Of a DNA stretch of 46,373 nt, positions 44,310 to 46,373 are shown one piece after another. The translations under genes were made by a program, and so were the position numbers. The stretch's first letter is position 1; every line of letters begins with the position of its first letter. This DNA is from Tepidisphaerales bacterium (GTDB lineage: Bacteria; Planctomycetota; Phycisphaerae; Tepidisphaerales; Tepidisphaeraceae): contig JBBRCX010000029.1 in the NCBI GenBank assembly GCA_038204465.1, positions 1-46,373 of the forward strand, written 5' to 3'. The notes beneath the pieces were generated by a model. The model saw only the letters and a list, made by a program, of their open reading frames with translations, did not search any database and had not been told where the DNA came from.

Positions 44310-46166
44310 ATGTCTTACACAGTCCTCGCCCGCCGGTATCGCTCCGCCACCTTTGATGAAGTCATCGGGCAGGACCACGTCGCGGGCACGCTGAAAAAAG
44401 CGATCGAGTCCGGCCGGATCGCGCACGCCTATCTGTTCTGCGGCACCCGCGGCGTGGGCAAGACCTCGATGGCCCGCATCCTCGCCAAGGCGCTCAACTG
44501 CGAAAACGCCGACGCCCCCACGCCCACCCCCTGCAACAAGTGCAACTCGTGCGTCGCCATCGCACGGGGTGATGACATCGACGTCATCGAAATCGACGCC
44601 GCCAGTAACCGGGGTATCGATAACATCCGCGATTTGATCAGCAACGCGCAGTATCGGCCAGCGCGGGCGCGGTTCAAAATCTACATCATTGACGAGGTGC
44701 ACGGGCTATTGAAGGATGCCTTCAATGCGCTGTTAAAAGTCCTCGAGGAGCCGCCGGGACACGTGAAGTTCATTCTCGCCACGACCGAGCCGGAAAAGGT
44801 GCTGCCCACGATCCTCTCGCGCTGCCAGCGCTACGACTTCCGCAACATCCCCACCCGCGAGATCGCCGGGCACCTCATGGAGATCACGAAGCAGGAGAAG
44901 ATCAAGGCCGACGAAGACGCGCTGCTGCTGGTCGCCAAGGCCGGGGCCGGCTCGATGCGCGATTCCCTTTCGCTGCTCGACCGCCTGCTCAGCATCGGCG
45001 AGAAACAACTCAACGTCGAGATGATCGAGAACCTGCTCGGCCTGCCCAGAAGCCAGTTGCTGTTCAACCTCTCCGCCGCCATCGGCGGAGCGGACGTGAA
45101 GTCGACGCTGGCGCAGGCGGACTCGCTCATTTCCGGCGGGCTCTCTCCCGACAGCCTCGTCGCCGCCCTCGTCGATCACCTGCGCAACCTGCTGATCCTG
45201 CGCACCTGCGGCGCCGATTGCGATCTGGTCGAAGTCCCCGGGCTGCCGCTGTCAGAGCTTCAGGAGCAATCGGAGCGCTTCGACGTCGTCGCCCTCACGC
45301 AGGACATTACGCTGCTCGAAGAGCTTCGCCGCAACATGCGTCAGTCCCAGGCCGGCCGGGCCCTGCTCGACGCGACGCTGGTGCGCATGGCGCTTTCCGA
45401 TCAATTCGCCTCGATCGGCGACCTGCTTTCAAGGCTGGAGAACGGCGAGTCTGCCCCCGCCAAGCCTGCGCGTCCTCCCGGCTCAGGCCGGGCCCCGATG
45501 CTCCCCATGAAAAGTCCCGCGCAGGCACCGGCCGCCCCGGTCCAAAAAAAAAAGCGCGATGAACCGGAAATAGCCGACTCAAACTCCGTCCCGCTCCTCG
45601 CCGATTCGCAAGGGGAACCGCAAGCCGCCGCCGCACCTGCCGCGCCTTCGCCGGAGCCTCTCCACCCCGACTCCAACGTCGAACCGGTCTCCCCCCACGA
45701 CCTCCCGCAGGTGTACAAGTCGCTGCTCGACCTGCTCTCCTCGCATGGCCCCGGGCTTCACTCCCTGCTCTCGCACGGGCGCCTTGTTTCCATCGAGGAT
45801 GGCCGCGCCGTCATCCGCTACGGGCCCCAGCACGAGACCTTCGTCAAGATGCTCGAGCGAAACGGCAAGAAGGATCTGGTCAGCGAAGCGATCACGCGCG
45901 TCCTCAAGCAGAGCGTCGGCGTTCGCTTTGAAGTAGAGCCGCAGGCCGAACCCGCAACCGGCGCAGCGCCTTCCGGCGCCGCCGCACCGAGCGACAAGCC
46001 GGCGCGCATCGCGCCGCCAGCCGCCGCCCCTGCTTCCCCATCGCCGACTCCGGCGCCGGACAGCGTGCGGATCACTCCAGAGCTGATCGAAACGATCCGC
46101 GCCAATGAGCCGCTGGTCAAAGCCCTGATGGATCAGTTGGGCGCGACGATCGTAAAGGTGGATTGA
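44310..46166 (+). CDS. dnaX: DNA polymerase III subunits gamma/tau
   Basis: MSYTVLARRYRSATFDEVIGQDHV...LFCGTRGVGKTSMARILAKALNCE (collinear with E. coli DnaX; Walker A and Cys4 zinc module present). ATG at 44310. Confidence 0.9.
   Translation: MSYTVLARRYRSATFDEVIGQDHVAGTLKKAIESGRIAHAYLFCGTRGVGKTSMARILAKALNCENADAPTPTPCNKCNSCVAIARGDDIDVIEIDAASNRGIDNIRDLISNAQYRPARARFKIYIIDEVHGLLKDAFNALLKVLEEPPGHVKFILATTEPEKVLPTILSRCQRYDFRNIPTREIAGHLMEITKQEKIKADEDALLLVAKAGAGSMRDSLSLLDRLLSIGEKQLNVEMIENLLGLPRSQLLFNLSAAIGGADVKSTLAQADSLISGGLSPDSLVAALVDHLRNLLILRTCGADCDLVEVPGLPLSELQEQSERFDVVALTQDITLLEELRRNMRQSQAGRALLDATLVRMALSDQFASIGDLLSRLENGESAPAKPARPPGSGRAPMLPMKSPAQAPAAPVQKKKRDEPEIADSNSVPLLADSQGEPQAAAAPAAPSPEPLHPDSNVEPVSPHDLPQVYKSLLDLLSSHGPGLHSLLSHGRLVSIEDGRAVIRYGPQHETFVKMLERNGKKDLVSEAITRVLKQSVGVRFEVEPQAEPATGAAPSGAAAPSDKPARIAPPAAAPASPSPTPAPDSVRITPELIETIRANEPLVKALMDQLGATIVKVD
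45544..45562 (+). promoter_or_regulatory. Candidate programmed -1 frameshift / transcriptional-slippage site in dnaX: an A10 run (C CAA AAA AAA AAG) followed in the -1 frame by GCG CGA TGA
   Basis: Ten consecutive A residues (45544-45553) at codon ~412 of 618, the position where E. coli dnaX has A AAA AAG. The -1 frame reaches a stop after 2 codons (45560-45562) and the +1 frame after 5. Confidence 0.55.
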
Positions 46167-46373
46167 AGCGGCGCTCGTGCGCTTGCCCTACAGGTACGGC
46201 AACTTCCCCTTCGCCGCGCTGGACACCGCTAACCCGGGTTATTCATAGCACTCGGCTGCATATGATCGTAAACGCCGATGTGGCGTTCACGTGCAAGGAA
46301 TCAAGCCCGACATCGCCGGGCGCACCGACTTTCGAGAAAGAGGGTTATTCACGGGCTTTTTGAGCGTCATGAA

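Noticed and set aside
44056-44310. SRP (4.5S) RNA upstream of dnaX, as in Bacillus
   Set aside because: No domain-IV consensus (GGAA tetraloop with conserved AGCAG/GAAGCAGCCA context) is found here or in 46167-46373. The region is better explained by the 33-bp inverted repeat.

Overview
This is a GC-rich (~65%) bacterial chromosomal segment. The PEP-CTERM sorting-signal protein, sulfatase, DUF1579 protein, PmoA-like protein and weak Shine-Dalgarno usage fit a Planctomycetota/Verrucomicrobiota/Acidobacteriota-like genome. That placement is inference only.

Recognisable genes:
- flotillin/SPFH protein (frameshifted)
- sucD with no sucC upstream
- GH20-like hydrolase
- DUF1579 protein
- ceramidase-like and PhyH-like proteins
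- amidohydrolase plus M24 peptidase
- DUF1353 lipoprotein
- a beta-propeller gene followed by a K+-channel-like gene
- YhcH-family protein
- sulfatase next to a ~1300-aa secreted CBM/glycoside-hydrolase-like giant
- FAD oxidoreductase
- threonine synthase
- an SDR / AstE-AspA-like / MlrC-like operon
- two tandem TPM-domain proteins in a thiL-tsaE operon
- an RDD-family protein
- dnaX

Interspersed accessory and decayed material:
- an IS110-family transposase sitting in a field of CGCGAAG heptamer repeats that also flank thrC
- an IS200/RAYT transposase N-terminal remnant beside REP-like 17-bp palindromes and a complex GTCCC-prefixed tandem repeat array
- a HigB/HigA-like toxin-antitoxin islet with AT-rich palindromic operators, bounded by ~18-bp inverted repeats
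- gene remnants with large internal deletions (oligogalacturonate-lyase-like propeller; quinohemoprotein PQQ-ADH plus cytochrome c)
- a 650-bp G-tract-rich intergenic region
- a 33-bp near-perfect inverted repeat that puts the same leader sequence in front of the divergent RDD and dnaX genes
- an A10 run inside dnaX at the canonical gamma/tau position, with a stop two codons into the -1 frame

No rRNA, tRNA or CRISPR array was found. Several long ORFs in the supplied track are antisense or alternate-frame artefacts of these genes. Starts marked M in the track can be GTG or TTG.
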